64,000 nt of DNA from an uncultured Veillonella sp. (GCF_963534045.1 NZ_CAUSQT010000002.1:46670-110669); one strand, 5' to 3'; shown: positions 1 to 10,505, numbered from the stretch's first letter. A program made the numbers and translations. The notes: generated by a model from the sequence alone, not told the origin.

Positions 1-79
1 CAAAGCTAGCATATAGTGCTTCTAATTGTGCTTTTACAGCTGGCTCGATACGCAAACTGATAGAGGCTGTTTTAGCCAT
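1..79 (-). CDS. RelB/DinJ-family antitoxin, N-terminal part (runs off the window)
   Basis: Not in ORF track. GGAGGTGA RBS, then MAKTASISLRIEPAVKAQLEALYASF, a ribbon-helix-helix start typical of RelB/DinJ. Confidence 0.75.
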   Translation of the reverse strand, partial: MAKTASISLRIEPAVKAQLEALYASF

Positions 80-263
80 AGTATCACCTCCTGTTACTTC
101 TATTGTAATGCAAATGCTATATAATTGCAATCTTATAACTGCGAATTGCAAGCATAATACATATCTTTTCTTGGACGAAAAATACTTATGAATATAAGAA
201 TATTAGCTTTTTAGGTGATATAATTAACTTGCTATATGTAGTTTGTTTACAGGGGAATGTATA

Positions 264-893
264 ATGAAAAAGGTTGTATGTGCGTTAGCTACGCTAGCTT
301 TTATAGGTTCCATCAATGTTGTGTCCGCAGATGACTTGATGAGATTCCGTCTTAATGGTAATTCTATTTATGATCAGCCTTATGGTTACCGAAATGAGTT
401 TCCATGCCCTGATGGACTTGGTAGTTGCAGTATGACTGATGAGGATTATAGAAGTACTCGTAAGGGGCAGGCGATAGAGGTATTTGATACTGTATATGAG
501 GCTAAGCAACATTTGAACTTTAATCCGCAGTTGCCAAGTAGAGTAGAGGGGCTACGTGTTGTACACGTAGGTATTGTGGATCATGACGTACTACAAGTGG
601 TATATTCCTATCATGAGCTTTTAAAAGGGAAATATTTTGACAGAGTTGATGATATGCCGCAGTATATCAAATACCGAGTATCTACAGTATCAGGTAATAT
701 TGCAGGCGATTATAAGGATTACTTACCTCAGAAAACCGATGTTATAAATGGGATGACGATAACCTATCGAATGGTAGATGAAGCCGTTTACTTAGCATCT
801 TGGGAACATGCGGGGCAGAACCATGTGTTCTTATTTAATGAGCCTATTTCTATTGAACGGGCCAAAGAAATGATTAAGAGCGTAGATTATTGA
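264..893 (+). CDS. Exported hypothetical protein
   Basis: Signal-peptide-like MKKVVCALATLAFIGSINVVSA; AGGGG RBS before ATG 264. Confidence 0.75.
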   Translation: MKKVVCALATLAFIGSINVVSADDLMRFRLNGNSIYDQPYGYRNEFPCPDGLGSCSMTDEDYRSTRKGQAIEVFDTVYEAKQHLNFNPQLPSRVEGLRVVHVGIVDHDVLQVVYSYHELLKGKYFDRVDDMPQYIKYRVSTVSGNIAGDYKDYLPQKTDVINGMTITYRMVDEAVYLASWEHAGQNHVFLFNEPISIERAKEMIKSVDY

Positions 894-921
894 AAAAACA
901 CTTTGAGTGTAGTATATTATA

Positions 922-990
922 GATAGGCAATTGATAGTTGTGCAATTAACTACAAAATCCCCCGGAGCTGCAACTCCGAGGGATTTTTTA
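922..990 (+). ncRNA. Candidate type I antitoxin RNA
   Basis: TTGAAA-17-TATATT promoter (890-918). Carries TTGATAGTTGTGCAATTAACTACA, a near-copy of 1107-1132 and therefore antisense to the toxin start. Ends in a hairpin at 954-990. Confidence 0.6.
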
Positions 991-1019
991 CATTATTACG
1001 CTAATGTTAGAGCGTTGGG

Positions 1020-1124
1020 CTAGTTGCTAAAGAAAAGGGCTAGGAAAGCGTCTAACCACTTGCAAATGTAGTAGGCGAGTACATTTACCATGACGGCTAG
1101 CCAAAATTGATAGTTGTTGTGCAA
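1020..1124 (-). CDS. Fst-like type I toxin, 34 aa
   Basis: Not in ORF track. AAAGGGGGT RBS, TTG start, MHNNYQFWLAVMVNVLAYYICKWLDAFLALFFSN; hydrophobic helix with AYYICKWLD motif. Confidence 0.7.
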   Translation of the reverse strand: MHNNYQFWLAVMVNVLAYYICKWLDAFLALFFSN

Positions 1125-1252
1125 TAACTACACCCCCTTTCTGTTGCCAGATTAGGGTTAGCAACACTTATAGTATAGCAAATTACTCTTTACACAAATA
1201 GCGATATACAGTCCTCTTTGTTGTTGTTGATATTAAAAATAACGGAGCTTAT

Positions 1253-1660
1253 ATGAACTCAGATAATTATAAGATTTCAACATTGCCATATATAGAAAAT
1301 GCTAGCAATGAGATAATGGAAAAGTACAAAATAAAAGCACAATATGAAACGGAACCGCCTCATGGAGATGCTATATATTCCATTTCTATAAAGGGAAACG
1401 TATTACCGTTTTGGATATATGGTAGAGATATTACTTTCATAGGCGATAGCATGGTTATGGTGGAGTCTGTAAGATGTAAAACCTGGGATCCTATTGAAAC
1501 CATTATTATTGATTTAGAGAGTGAAGTATATGCTAGTTTAAAAGAATGGTATACAGATATTTTCTTTATTAGTGGTCAAATAGAGCTATCTAATCAAGTG
1601 GTAAAAATGGATAAACGAATTCTAAATAATTTTGAGAATTTAGAGTGGATAAGCTTTTAA
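1253..1660 (+). CDS. Hypothetical protein, AT-rich
   Basis: 135-aa ORF with GGAG RBS; no recognised motif. Confidence 0.65.
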   Translation: MNSDNYKISTLPYIENASNEIMEKYKIKAQYETEPPHGDAIYSISIKGNVLPFWIYGRDITFIGDSMVMVESVRCKTWDPIETIIIDLESEVYASLKEWYTDIFFISGQIELSNQVVKMDKRILNNFENLEWISF

Positions 1661-1757
1661 GATTGATTGCGTAGAGGGCACATTGACTATACTATAGTGA
1701 AGTGTTATTCTATATATGACAAGGGATGTCAATATGTGACATAGTCTCATATGAACG

Positions 1758-1791
1758 AAAAAATAGCAGGGTGGGCACCCTGCTATTTTTA
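1758..1791. terminator. Bidirectional intrinsic terminator
   Basis: AAAAAATAGCAGGGTG-GG-CACCCTGCTATTTTT. Confidence 0.75.
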
Positions 1792-1880
1792 TTGTCCTAT
1801 ATTGACTCAGTAAATCTTCATCATATCCTAATTGACATTACTCTATAGAATAAAGTACAATATCTTTATATCTTAAAAAC

Positions 1881-2113
1881 AAGCTATGAATGGGTATAAA
1901 GGTTTACAGATCCTGCTTTCAGAGAGTTGCCGGTTGGTGCGAGGCAATAGAGGTTGTACGCTGACACTCTCCCGTGAGCTTTGGTGGCGAATGCAGCAGT
2001 AGTCATCGACGGTGGTTCCGTTATACCCGCAACGAGTCCCAATTAGGGTGGTACCGTGTTATGAATATAACGCCCCTTTGAGCAACGACAGTTGTTCTGA
2101 GGGGCTTTTTTTT
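1881..2113 (+). promoter_or_regulatory. Leucine T-box leader
   Basis: AGAGA and GGTGCGA stem I motifs, CTC (Leu) specifier near 1967, T-box AATTAGGGTGGTACCGTG at 2041-2058, terminator 2072-2113, upstream of leuA. Confidence 0.9.
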
Positions 2114-2386
2114 ATAAAAGTTTAGTCAACCATACTACGTGACCGAATTAAAGTGGTGCTCTGACGCTCCAGCTAGCTTAACGGTCTTCGGCCTAGGGCC
2201 TCGACCTACTAAAGTCGCTTGCGAGCACGCACTTTAATTCTACGTTTTGTTTGATTAAACTTTTATAAATGTTAGATGGGAAAGTATGTATTCAGGACGA
2301 TAAGGGTCTTCGGCCTAGGGCCTTGACCTACTAAAGTTGCTTACGAGCACGCACTTTAATACTGTGTCTTGTTTATTAAACTTTCA
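2111..2386 (+). repeat. Rod-hairpin repeat (core A) plus partial tandem copy
   Basis: Inverted arms 2111-2269 enclose CTCCA..TTAACGGTC-TTC-GGCCTAGGGCC-TC-GACC-TACTAAAGTCG. Core plus right arm repeated at 2305-2386. Confidence 0.85.
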
Positions 2387-2439
2387 CAATAAATAGATAC
2401 AATGAGTTGTTAATTAATGATAGGAAAAAGGTGGAAATT

Positions 2440-3981
2440 ATGGATCAAAATCGCGTATATTTCTTTGATACAACCCTTCGTGATGGGGAACAAACACCGG
2501 GCGTTGCACTTCGCACACCGGAAAAAATTGAGATTGCAAAAGGTCTTGTACGGTTAGGTATTGATGTTATTGAAGCAGGTTTTCCTGCCGCGTCTCCTGG
2601 GGATTTTGATGCGGTTCAAACTATTGCGCGTGAGGTAAAGGGCACAACAATCTGTGCATTGGCACGTTGTAATGAGAAGGACGTTATCAAGGCTATTGAT
2701 GCATTGAAGGATGCAGAGCGCAGCCGTTTACATGTGTTTATCGCTATTTCCGAAATCCATATGCAATATAAATTGAAAATGACTCGTGAGCAAGTACTAG
2801 ATAAGGTTAAAGCTATTCTAGAATTGGCTAAAGGAAAAGTTGATGAAATCGAATTCTCTGGCGAAGATGCATCTCGTGCAGACTTAGATTTTGCTTGCCA
2901 AGTATATGGCACAGCTATTGCTGGCGGTGCGACAATCATCAACGTACCAGATACAGTTGGTTACATGATGCCACAAGAGTTTGCTTCTAAGATTCGTTAC
3001 ATCAAAGAACATACACCTGGTATTGAAAATGCTATCATTTCCGTTCACTGCCATGATGACCTTGGCCTTGCAAATGCTAACTCCTTGGCAGCTATCGAAG
3101 CCGGTGCTCGTCAAGTAGAATGTACGATAAACGGTCTTGGTGAACGCGCTGGTAACGTAGGCATCGAAGAGGTTGTGATGTCTCTTAAAACACGTCATGA
3201 CTATTTCCATGATTTACAAGTAAACATCGATACAAAACAATTCACAAAATTGTCTAAATTGGTGAGCCGCTTAACAGGTGTGGCAGTACCTCCAAATAAA
3301 GCAATCGTTGGTTCTAACGCATTCGCTCATGAATCCGGTATCCATCAACATGGCATGCTTAGCAACCCTGAAACTTATGAAATCATGACGCCTGAGTCCG
3401 TAGGTGCTGAAAAGACAAACATCGTTCTTGGCAAACATTCCGGCCGTCATGCCTTCGAAGACCATTTGAAAAACTTGGGATTCCATCAAACTTTCACAGA
3501 AGAAAAAATCAACGACCTATTTGCTAAATTTAAAGATTTGGCAGATAAGAAAAAACAAGTATACGACGATGATATCATCGCCCTTGTTGTGGAACACATG
3601 GATCACAAAAAAGCATTCGAGCTTGTTTCTCAACATTATCAATTGGGCGAAAAGGGCTATGCATACGCTGACGTTCGTCTTAATACGCCGGATGGTGAAA
3701 GAGCAGATGCTGCGGTTGGTGATGGCCCAGTTGACGCATCCCTTAAAGCGGTTGAACGCGTGGTTGGTATGCCAATCAGTTTGAAAGATTATCAAATCCG
3801 CGCTATCACAGCTGGTAAGGATGCCCTTGGGGAAGCAACCCTTAAGGTTGAATATAATGGTCGCATTTTCCACGGTCGTGGTATTAGCACCGATATCGTT
3901 AAATCAAGTGTGAACGCATATATTAATGCAGTTAATTCTATTTTCCTAGCTATGGAGCTAGAACAACAGGAGGAAGAATAA
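2440..3981 (+). CDS. leuA: 2-isopropylmalate synthase
   Basis: [31 protein letters not shown] motifs. Confidence 0.96.
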   Translation: MDQNRVYFFDTTLRDGEQTPGVALRTPEKIEIAKGLVRLGIDVIEAGFPAASPGDFDAVQTIAREVKGTTICALARCNEKDVIKAIDALKDAERSRLHVFIAISEIHMQYKLKMTREQVLDKVKAILELAKGKVDEIEFSGEDASRADLDFACQVYGTAIAGGATIINVPDTVGYMMPQEFASKIRYIKEHTPGIENAIISVHCHDDLGLANANSLAAIEAGARQVECTINGLGERAGNVGIEEVVMSLKTRHDYFHDLQVNIDTKQFTKLSKLVSRLTGVAVPPNKAIVGSNAFAHESGIHQHGMLSNPETYEIMTPESVGAEKTNIVLGKHSGRHAFEDHLKNLGFHQTFTEEKINDLFAKFKDLADKKKQVYDDDIIALVVEHMDHKKAFELVSQHYQLGEKGYAYADVRLNTPDGERADAAVGDGPVDASLKAVERVVGMPISLKDYQIRAITAGKDALGEATLKVEYNGRIFHGRGISTDIVKSSVNAYINAVNSIFLAMELEQQEEE

Positions 3982-3985
3982 TATT

Positions 3986-5245
3986 ATGGGTATGACCATT
4001 ACTGAAAAGAATATGGCTCGCCACGCAGGTCTTGATGTGGTAAAACCAGGCCAAATCATCGAGTGTAATTTGGACGCTGTGTTGATGAACGACATCACAT
4101 TCCCACCAGCGCTTCGTGAATTTAAAAAGATTGAAAAACCAGTATTTGACCGTCATAAAATCTACTTGGTGCCTGACCATTTCACACCAAATAAAGATAT
4201 TCAATCTGCTACACAAGCGAAAGTCATGCGCGATTTCGTACGTGAACATGGCATTACCAACTACTTTGAAGTAGGTCGCATGGGTATCGAGCACGTTATT
4301 TTGCCAGAAAAAGGTCTGATCGGTCCTGGCGAAATGATGATCGGTGCTGACTCCCACACTTGTACATATGGTGCAGTAAATGCATTCTCTACAGGCGTTG
4401 GCTCCACTGATGCGGGCGTTGCGATGGCAGAAGGTAAAACTTGGTTCAAAGTACCAGAAACCATCAAGGTTGAGCTTGTTGGCAAACCTAATAAATGGGT
4501 AACTGGTAAGGACGTAATCCTTGATTTAATCGGTAAAATCGGTGTAGACGGCGCTCGTTACATGGCCCTTGAATTCGCTGGCGAAGGCGTGAAACATATG
4601 ACTATGGCTGACCGTCTCACAATCTGTAACATGGCTATCGAAGCAGGCGGTAAATGTGGCGTATTCCCATATGATGAAATTACTGAAGAATATATTAAAG
4701 GTCGCGTAAATCGCCCTGTAGAACCTATCAATGCTGACCCTGATGCTGTGTATGCCCAAACTGTGACAATCGACTTAGCTAAATTGCAACCAGTTGTGGC
4801 ATTCCCTCATTTGCCATCCAATACGCATTACATCAACGAAATCGACAAGGATATCAAAATCGACCAAGTTATCATCGGATCTTGTACAAATGGCCGTTAC
4901 GAAGACTTGGTGGCAGCTGCTGAAATCTTCAAAGGTCGCAAGGTAGCTCCATTCGTTCGTTGTATCGTAATTCCTGGTTCTCAAGATGTATATGATCAAG
5001 CTATGAAAGATGGCTTGTTGGACATCTTTATCCAAGCCGACTGTGCGGTGTCCACGCCAACTTGTGGTCCTTGCCTTGGCGGTTACATGGGTATCATGGC
5101 CGCTGGTGAAAGAACCGTTTCCACTACAAATCGTAACTTCCGTGGTCGTATGGGTCACGTTGATTCTGAAGTATATTTGGCAAGCCCTTATGTGGCGGCA
5201 GCAAGTGCTGTATTAGGCCGCATTGCAGGCCCTGAGGAGGTTTAA
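3986..5245 (+). CDS. leuC: 3-isopropylmalate dehydratase large subunit
   Basis: [25 protein letters not shown] motifs. Confidence 0.96.
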   Translation: MGMTITEKNMARHAGLDVVKPGQIIECNLDAVLMNDITFPPALREFKKIEKPVFDRHKIYLVPDHFTPNKDIQSATQAKVMRDFVREHGITNYFEVGRMGIEHVILPEKGLIGPGEMMIGADSHTCTYGAVNAFSTGVGSTDAGVAMAEGKTWFKVPETIKVELVGKPNKWVTGKDVILDLIGKIGVDGARYMALEFAGEGVKHMTMADRLTICNMAIEAGGKCGVFPYDEITEEYIKGRVNRPVEPINADPDAVYAQTVTIDLAKLQPVVAFPHLPSNTHYINEIDKDIKIDQVIIGSCTNGRYEDLVAAAEIFKGRKVAPFVRCIVIPGSQDVYDQAMKDGLLDIFIQADCAVSTPTCGPCLGGYMGIMAAGERTVSTTNRNFRGRMGHVDSEVYLASPYVAAASAVLGRIAGPEEV

Positions 5246-5246
5246 T

Positions 5247-5738
5247 ATGGATTTTGAAAGTAAAAAAATCTGGCGCTACGGCGACGATGTAGATACAGAC
5301 GTAATCATTCCAGCTCGTTACTTGGCAATTGCTGATTGGAACGAATTGGCAGAACATGCGATGGAGGACATTGATACAACTTTTGCTCCTAATGTGAAAG
5401 CTGGCGAAATCATGGTAGCTGGCAAAAACTTTGGTTGTGGTTCCTCTCGTGAACACGCACCAGGCGTTATCAAAGCAAAAGGTGTTCCTGTTATCGTAGC
5501 ACACTCCTTTGCACGTATCTTCTTCCGTAATGCCATCAACATCGGTTTACCAGTGATTGAAATCGGCGAACAAGTAGACCGTATTGATGCAGGCGATGCT
5601 ATCGGCGTAGACTTGTCTAAAGGCATCGTGTACAACTTGACTAAAAACGAACAATACCAAGGCACTGAATTGCCACAATTCATTCAAGACATTGCGGCAG
5701 CAGGAGGTCTTGTAAACTTTGCGAAACATCGCAAGTAG
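5247..5738 (+). CDS. leuD: 3-isopropylmalate dehydratase small subunit
   Basis: DTDVIIPARYL, NFGCGSSREHA, SFARIFFRN. Confidence 0.96.
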   Translation: MDFESKKIWRYGDDVDTDVIIPARYLAIADWNELAEHAMEDIDTTFAPNVKAGEIMVAGKNFGCGSSREHAPGVIKAKGVPVIVAHSFARIFFRNAINIGLPVIEIGEQVDRIDAGDAIGVDLSKGIVYNLTKNEQYQGTELPQFIQDIAAAGGLVNFAKHRK

Positions 5739-5741
5739 TAC

Positions 5742-5997
5742 GTACGTGGCCGAGCCTCGGTGATGCTCTGACGCTCCAGCTAGCTTAACGGTCTTCGCCC
5801 AAGGGGCTCGACCTACTAAAGTCGCGTCAGAGCATGCACCTCGGCTCTACGTAGCTTATCATTGCGATTTTTTCGCAATGATGTACATATGGATACATGT
5901 AGACGATGAAGCCCCGTCGCAAACGACTTTTGCTAGGGCGAGGCCTATGGCCTCGGCCCGTTAAGGCAATGGAGGCTTGCAACGGGGCTTCATCGTC
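5742..5997. repeat. Two rod-hairpin repeats (core A) in opposite orientations between leuD and leuB
   Basis: 5742-5853 (+) shares about 60 nt with 2158-2218. 5902-5997 (-) has arms GACGATGAAGCCCCGT/ACGGGGCTTCATCGTC around a covarying core. Confidence 0.85.
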
Positions 5998-6013
5998 GGA
6001 GAGGAATATACAG

Positions 6014-7084
6014 ATGAGCGAAAAAAATATCGTATTGATCCCTGGTGATGGTATTGGTACTGAGATTATCGCAGCAGCGAAGGCTGTGTGCGATGTGGCT
6101 TTTGAGAAAGCCGGTGTAAAGGTTAATTGGATTGATAAAAAAGCAGGCGGTGCGTCTATTGATGCATACGGCGTGCCTTTGACTGAGGATACTATTGAGG
6201 CTTGTAAAAAGGCTGATGCTGTATTGCTTGGTGCTGTAGGTGGTCCTAAATGGGATAATGTAGATCCTTCTATTCGTCCTGAAAAGGCAATTCTTGGTCT
6301 TCGTAAGGAGCTTGGTTTATTCTGCAACTTGCGTCCTGTAAAAATCTATCCATCCTTGCAAGAGTATTCTCCACTTAAAAAGGAACTTGTACAAGATGTA
6401 GATTTCGTTATCGTTCGTGAATTGACTGGCGGTATTTACTTTGGTGAACGCGAAGAGGCACAAGGTGAAGGTGCTAACGAGTTTGCTTGGGATAAAGAAA
6501 CATACAGCCGTTACGAAGTAGAGCGCATTATGGACATTGCTATGGAAACAGCTCGCAAACGTAATAAAAAGGTTGTATCCGTAGATAAAGCAAATGTATT
6601 GGCTTCTTCTCGTTTGTGGCGTAAAATTGCCCAAGAGAAAGCGGCTGCTAATCCAGATATCACAACAGATTACTTCTATGTAGATAATACAGCGATGCAA
6701 CTCGTTGTAAATCCTGCACAATTCGACGTTATCGTTACAACTAATTTGTTCGGTGATATCTTATCTGACGAAGGTGCTGTTATCTCTGGTTCTATCGGAC
6801 TTTTACCATCTGCATCCATGGGTACAGGCACAGCATTGTACGAACCAATCCACGGTTCTGCACCAGATATCATGGGCCAAAACTTGGCAAACCCATTGGG
6901 CACAATCTTGTCCGCCGCTATGATGTGCCGTCATTCCCTTGATTTACCTCAAGTGGCTGACGCTATTGAAAAGGCTGTTGAACAAGTTCTCGTTGATGGT
7001 TATCGCACAGGCGATATCTATCGCGAAGGTTTAAAACGTGTGGGTACGACAGAAATGGCACAAGCTGTTATTGAACGTTTGTAA
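6014..7084 (+). CDS. leuB: 3-isopropylmalate dehydrogenase
   Basis: GDGIG, RELTGGIYFG, NLFGDILSD, YEPIHGSAPDI; GAGG RBS before ATG 6014. Confidence 0.96.
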   Translation: MSEKNIVLIPGDGIGTEIIAAAKAVCDVAFEKAGVKVNWIDKKAGGASIDAYGVPLTEDTIEACKKADAVLLGAVGGPKWDNVDPSIRPEKAILGLRKELGLFCNLRPVKIYPSLQEYSPLKKELVQDVDFVIVRELTGGIYFGEREEAQGEGANEFAWDKETYSRYEVERIMDIAMETARKRNKKVVSVDKANVLASSRLWRKIAQEKAAANPDITTDYFYVDNTAMQLVVNPAQFDVIVTTNLFGDILSDEGAVISGSIGLLPSASMGTGTALYEPIHGSAPDIMGQNLANPLGTILSAAMMCRHSLDLPQVADAIEKAVEQVLVDGYRTGDIYREGLKRVGTTEMAQAVIERL

Positions 7085-7248
7085 TCATGTAAGGTCGTGC
7101 ATCTTGACTAGTTCTCTGATTTCTATCATATAGTTAGATGCATGATCCTATATCATGTGCGGTAAAAGAACGCTTACGACATTGCATCGCATTTGGTGAG
7201 GTATTTTTTAGTTTGTATTTAGTATAGTTTTAGAATGAGGTATTTACC

Positions 7249-7779
7249 ATGAAATCAACTACTTACAGAAATCTCACTATTACTGCGTTATTAATGGCTT
7301 TAGCAATTATGATCCCTATCGTAATGCCGTTGAAAGTTGTCATACCACCGGCGTCTTATACACTAGCCAGTCATGTGCCAATCTTTTTGGCTATGTTTTT
7401 ATCACGTAAATCGGCGGCTTGTGTAGTTATTGGATCCACGTTAGGATTCTTTGTAGCAGGATTTCCTCTTGTTATTGTTATGCGTGCAGCATCACATATC
7501 TTTTTTGCGTTGCTTGGTGCTTGGTATCTTAAAAATCACATGGAAGTATTATCAAATGCTCTTTCTTTTGTGACTTTTAACTTTGTGTGCGCTATCATTC
7601 ATGCTATTGGTGAAGTTGTTGCATGCTTACTATTCTATACAACTACTACATTGCCAAATATCGACTTGATGTACGTCGTATTCGTCCTCGTTGGGGGCGG
7701 CACTATTGTGCATAGTATGGTTGATGGATATATTTCCTTGTATATCTACAAGGCTATACCAAAATCTATAATTGAATAA
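7249..7779 (+). CDS. niaX: NiaX-like ECF S-component (putative niacin transporter)
   Basis: Membrane protein with IPPASYTLASHVPIFLAMFLS motif resembling streptococcal NiaX. Confidence 0.65.
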   Translation: MKSTTYRNLTITALLMALAIMIPIVMPLKVVIPPASYTLASHVPIFLAMFLSRKSAACVVIGSTLGFFVAGFPLVIVMRAASHIFFALLGAWYLKNHMEVLSNALSFVTFNFVCAIIHAIGEVVACLLFYTTTTLPNIDLMYVVFVLVGGGTIVHSMVDGYISLYIYKAIPKSIIE

Positions 7780-7806
7780 ATGATAGTAACCTAAGCTAGA
7801 ACGAAA

Positions 7807-7834
7807 TAGGGGGTGACCATTGGTCACCCCCTTA
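7807..7834. terminator. Hairpin between convergent genes
   Basis: AGGGGGTGACCA-T-TGGTCACCCCCT. Confidence 0.75.
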
Positions 7835-9109
7835 ATTTGTATATGTATCAAACACAAAATCTATAACTGTCCGAATGGTTTCATTAGCCCCTATAATCTT
7901 GATTTGTTTATATGATTTGAGGCCTAGAATTTTAATTGGATCTGCTAATAAAGCGGTTAAGAAGCTATGTGTAGCTGTTATAGCATGAGAGAAATCGAGT
8001 ATTACGGTTTCTCCTTTTTTTATGGCCGGAATGATTTTTCGTTCTCTAAGATTAATGGCTTCTAATTTGACTTCACATCGTTCACCACAATAGTTGTACA
8101 TATCTAGGTATAATTCTGGAGCGCGGACTATATTATTTCGTTTAGCTACAGTTTCGGTAGCATGTTTTCTGAATTCCTCTAGGTGTTTGTGTAGGTCATA
8201 TGTTTTTAATCTATCGAAGCCAATGGTCATGTATATAAACGTGCCTGGCCAAGCGTTGCTTAGTGTCGTGTATGTTACATCTAATGGGGAAATATGTGCG
8301 ACACCATCGCCCGATACAATGTACATATCTGCTTCTAATGTTTTGCCAAGATTACTAGATAAGTAAAGGCCCATGCCTGCATTGTTTTGTTGCTTGTAAG
8401 GACCTACGTTGACGCCAAATGTACCAGAGATTTCAGGCTCTAGGGCCATGGCGATGGCATCTGTATTGCTTGTGAAAGGAGCATAGGTTTGCTCTAAATG
8501 TGTTTTTATACCTACACCAAGATCAGCAAGAATAAATGATAGTTGGTTTTTATCTCGATACCAGTTGAATTGTAATAATGATGGAATTTGAGGATTAAAA
8601 CCGTGTTCTAATGCATTATATGTTAGTTCGGATATGATATAACGAACAGCATCCTCATATCCTCTGATTAAATCTGTAGGCAGATCCATTGCATAATCGC
8701 GAATTGTATTTAGCATTTTCGTAATATTATGATCTTTGTATTTGATGGCGAATATGGGCTTGTTGTAGACGTAGTGAAAATTGTCTTGTGTGTTATTAAG
8801 GATTTTAAAGCATGAGGTTCCATTCATTCTTTGCCACATTTTCCCAAATAAAGAATGCTTAGAATATTGTAAATTTATATGCATCTTTTTTTGCTTTAAT
8901 TGCCATATATAGAGTATGAGTAATGTCAGTGTTTGGTACTCAATACTTTGGCAAAATCTTGCATCTATAATTATATGTTTTGACTTGGCAGACCAATCAA
9001 ATATACTAAGTACATTATCAAAATCAATAACTCCCTTTGCTTTAAATGTAAAATCATTTGGTAATGTTAAGATAGGAACATTAGTTAGTGTGCGATGTGT
9101 CTGTCTCAT
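7832..9109 (-). CDS. HATPase (RsbW/histidine-kinase-like) protein with STAS-like domains (C-terminal DUF4325-like)
   Basis: N-box SELTYNALEHG, G1 DLGVGI, G2 NAGMGL, WPGT; C-terminal ILDFS...HSFL..L STAS-like pattern. Confidence 0.75.
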   Translation of the reverse strand: MRQTHRTLTNVPILTLPNDFTFKAKGVIDFDNVLSIFDWSAKSKHIIIDARFCQSIEYQTLTLLILYIWQLKQKKMHINLQYSKHSLFGKMWQRMNGTSCFKILNNTQDNFHYVYNKPIFAIKYKDHNITKMLNTIRDYAMDLPTDLIRGYEDAVRYIISELTYNALEHGFNPQIPSLLQFNWYRDKNQLSFILADLGVGIKTHLEQTYAPFTSNTDAIAMALEPEISGTFGVNVGPYKQQNNAGMGLYLSSNLGKTLEADMYIVSGDGVAHISPLDVTYTTLSNAWPGTFIYMTIGFDRLKTYDLHKHLEEFRKHATETVAKRNNIVRAPELYLDMYNYCGERCEVKLEAINLRERKIIPAIKKGETVILDFSHAITATHSFLTALLADPIKILGLKSYKQIKIIGANETIRTVIDFVFDTYTN

Positions 9110-9160
9110 TTTCTCTCTCCTTTAATTGACATGAGTTAGGGCACTTGTTATACTTAACAT

Positions 9161-9249
9161 ATAAGATAACGTTTAGAGACCTAGATAGGACGGAATGTTC
9201 GTCTCTCGGTTGTCTCAGTTGACCCCATACTTTGTATGGGGTTTTCTTA
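9161..9249 (+). ncRNA. Candidate ~90-nt small RNA
   Basis: TTGACA-17-TATACT promoter at 9126-9154, no ORF, terminator ACCCCATAC-TTT-GTATGGGGT-TTTCTT. Confidence 0.55.
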
Positions 9250-9480
9250 TATCTATATTATAGAACTAATGTTTGTAAAAACAAGGAGAATATAGCTATT
9301 ATGATTAATTGATACATATCTACAATTATTGCGCTATTTTTGCAGTTTTATCATACCGTTCCGAAGTAGTTTCATTTCTCTGTATGTACAGCTATTTCCT
9401 CATCTTGAATTGGATGTATTAATTTTATACAATATCTGTAATATTAATTTATGGGAATGTAGAGCATTTAGGAGAGATAG

Positions 9481-10407
9481 ATGAGTGGTCAGAATTGGTG
9501 GCGACGCCTAGGTTTAGTTGTGTGCATCGTGACGAGTGTAGGCTTTGTAAGTGGCTGTGAGTTTAATATGGATAATTTAAAGACAAACAGTCAGGTAAAA
9601 GCTACGCAAAGCGATAGTGAGAAGGAGGTCTGGCGCGTTTTTAGATTTTATTTGGCCGCTACAAATGAGTTTAATTTCACTAGTGTAAAATATAGTCATC
9701 AACATATGGAAACGGTGCAACAAGCACAACAAAATGTACCTCTAGCTGAGTTTAAGGTGCGGGATTATGAACGTCTTGAGCAAGAACTCATTGCTGCGCG
9801 AGAAGCGGGGCACACACATAGTGACTTGGAAGCAGCTACAGATGCTTTATTACCGGTATTGCACGACGTTGTGGTAGCCGTGAAAGAGCTAGATACGTAT
9901 TATAAAGAAAAACGCTATGAATCAGATAATTATGCATTTGCTCATACGCAGTTGGAGAAGCTTTCATCATTAATCGAAGCATTTGGACCAAAATATAATG
10001 CATTAGATACCATTGTTAAAACTTATCACAAGCAGGAGGGAGAACGTCTTGTTAAGTTGATGCGCAATAATGGGCAGACGAATGGCGCTAATATGACGGA
10101 AATGATGCTTATTTATAGCGGTATAGTAGATCATATTGTGGAGCATAAATCCGATAGTGATTTCCAATGGGTGAAAGCGCAGAAAGAAGCAGCTGATGGA
10201 ATTGGGGCAAAGATTACTGCCGCCGAGGCTCAGAATCGGTTAGAGCAAAAGAGACATCTTGATAAAGCGATTGAGGATTTTATGGTTAATCCTTCTAGTG
10301 AAACGGAAGAGGCCGTTGTTGAGCAATATAATGAAATGGTACGTAGTCCAATGAATTTTTCATTATTAGATTCTGTGCAGAAGCCGTATGTGCCACAAGA
10401 ATTATAA
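9481..10407 (+). CDS. Lipoprotein, YiiG/DUF3829-like
   Basis: Lipobox VSGC; helical protein with YY..K.Y..D motif. Confidence 0.6.
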   Translation: MSGQNWWRRLGLVVCIVTSVGFVSGCEFNMDNLKTNSQVKATQSDSEKEVWRVFRFYLAATNEFNFTSVKYSHQHMETVQQAQQNVPLAEFKVRDYERLEQELIAAREAGHTHSDLEAATDALLPVLHDVVVAVKELDTYYKEKRYESDNYAFAHTQLEKLSSLIEAFGPKYNALDTIVKTYHKQEGERLVKLMRNNGQTNGANMTEMMLIYSGIVDHIVEHKSDSDFQWVKAQKEAADGIGAKITAAEAQNRLEQKRHLDKAIEDFMVNPSSETEEAVVEQYNEMVRSPMNFSLLDSVQKPYVPQEL

Positions 10408-10505
10408 TGTGAAATGTTATATGTTAAACACGATATAACATTTTGGGTAGAATATATTTGACAATATGCCCTTATGAGCCCTATAATTATCTATTATATG
10501 AATAT

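Noticed and set aside
1665..1791. Possible sRNA between the AT-rich ORF and the terminator
   Set aside because: Promoter match is weak; the terminator is adequately explained by the upstream gene.
5906..6013. N-terminal extension of LeuB
   Set aside because: It is translated repeat sequence; the RBS supports ATG 6014.
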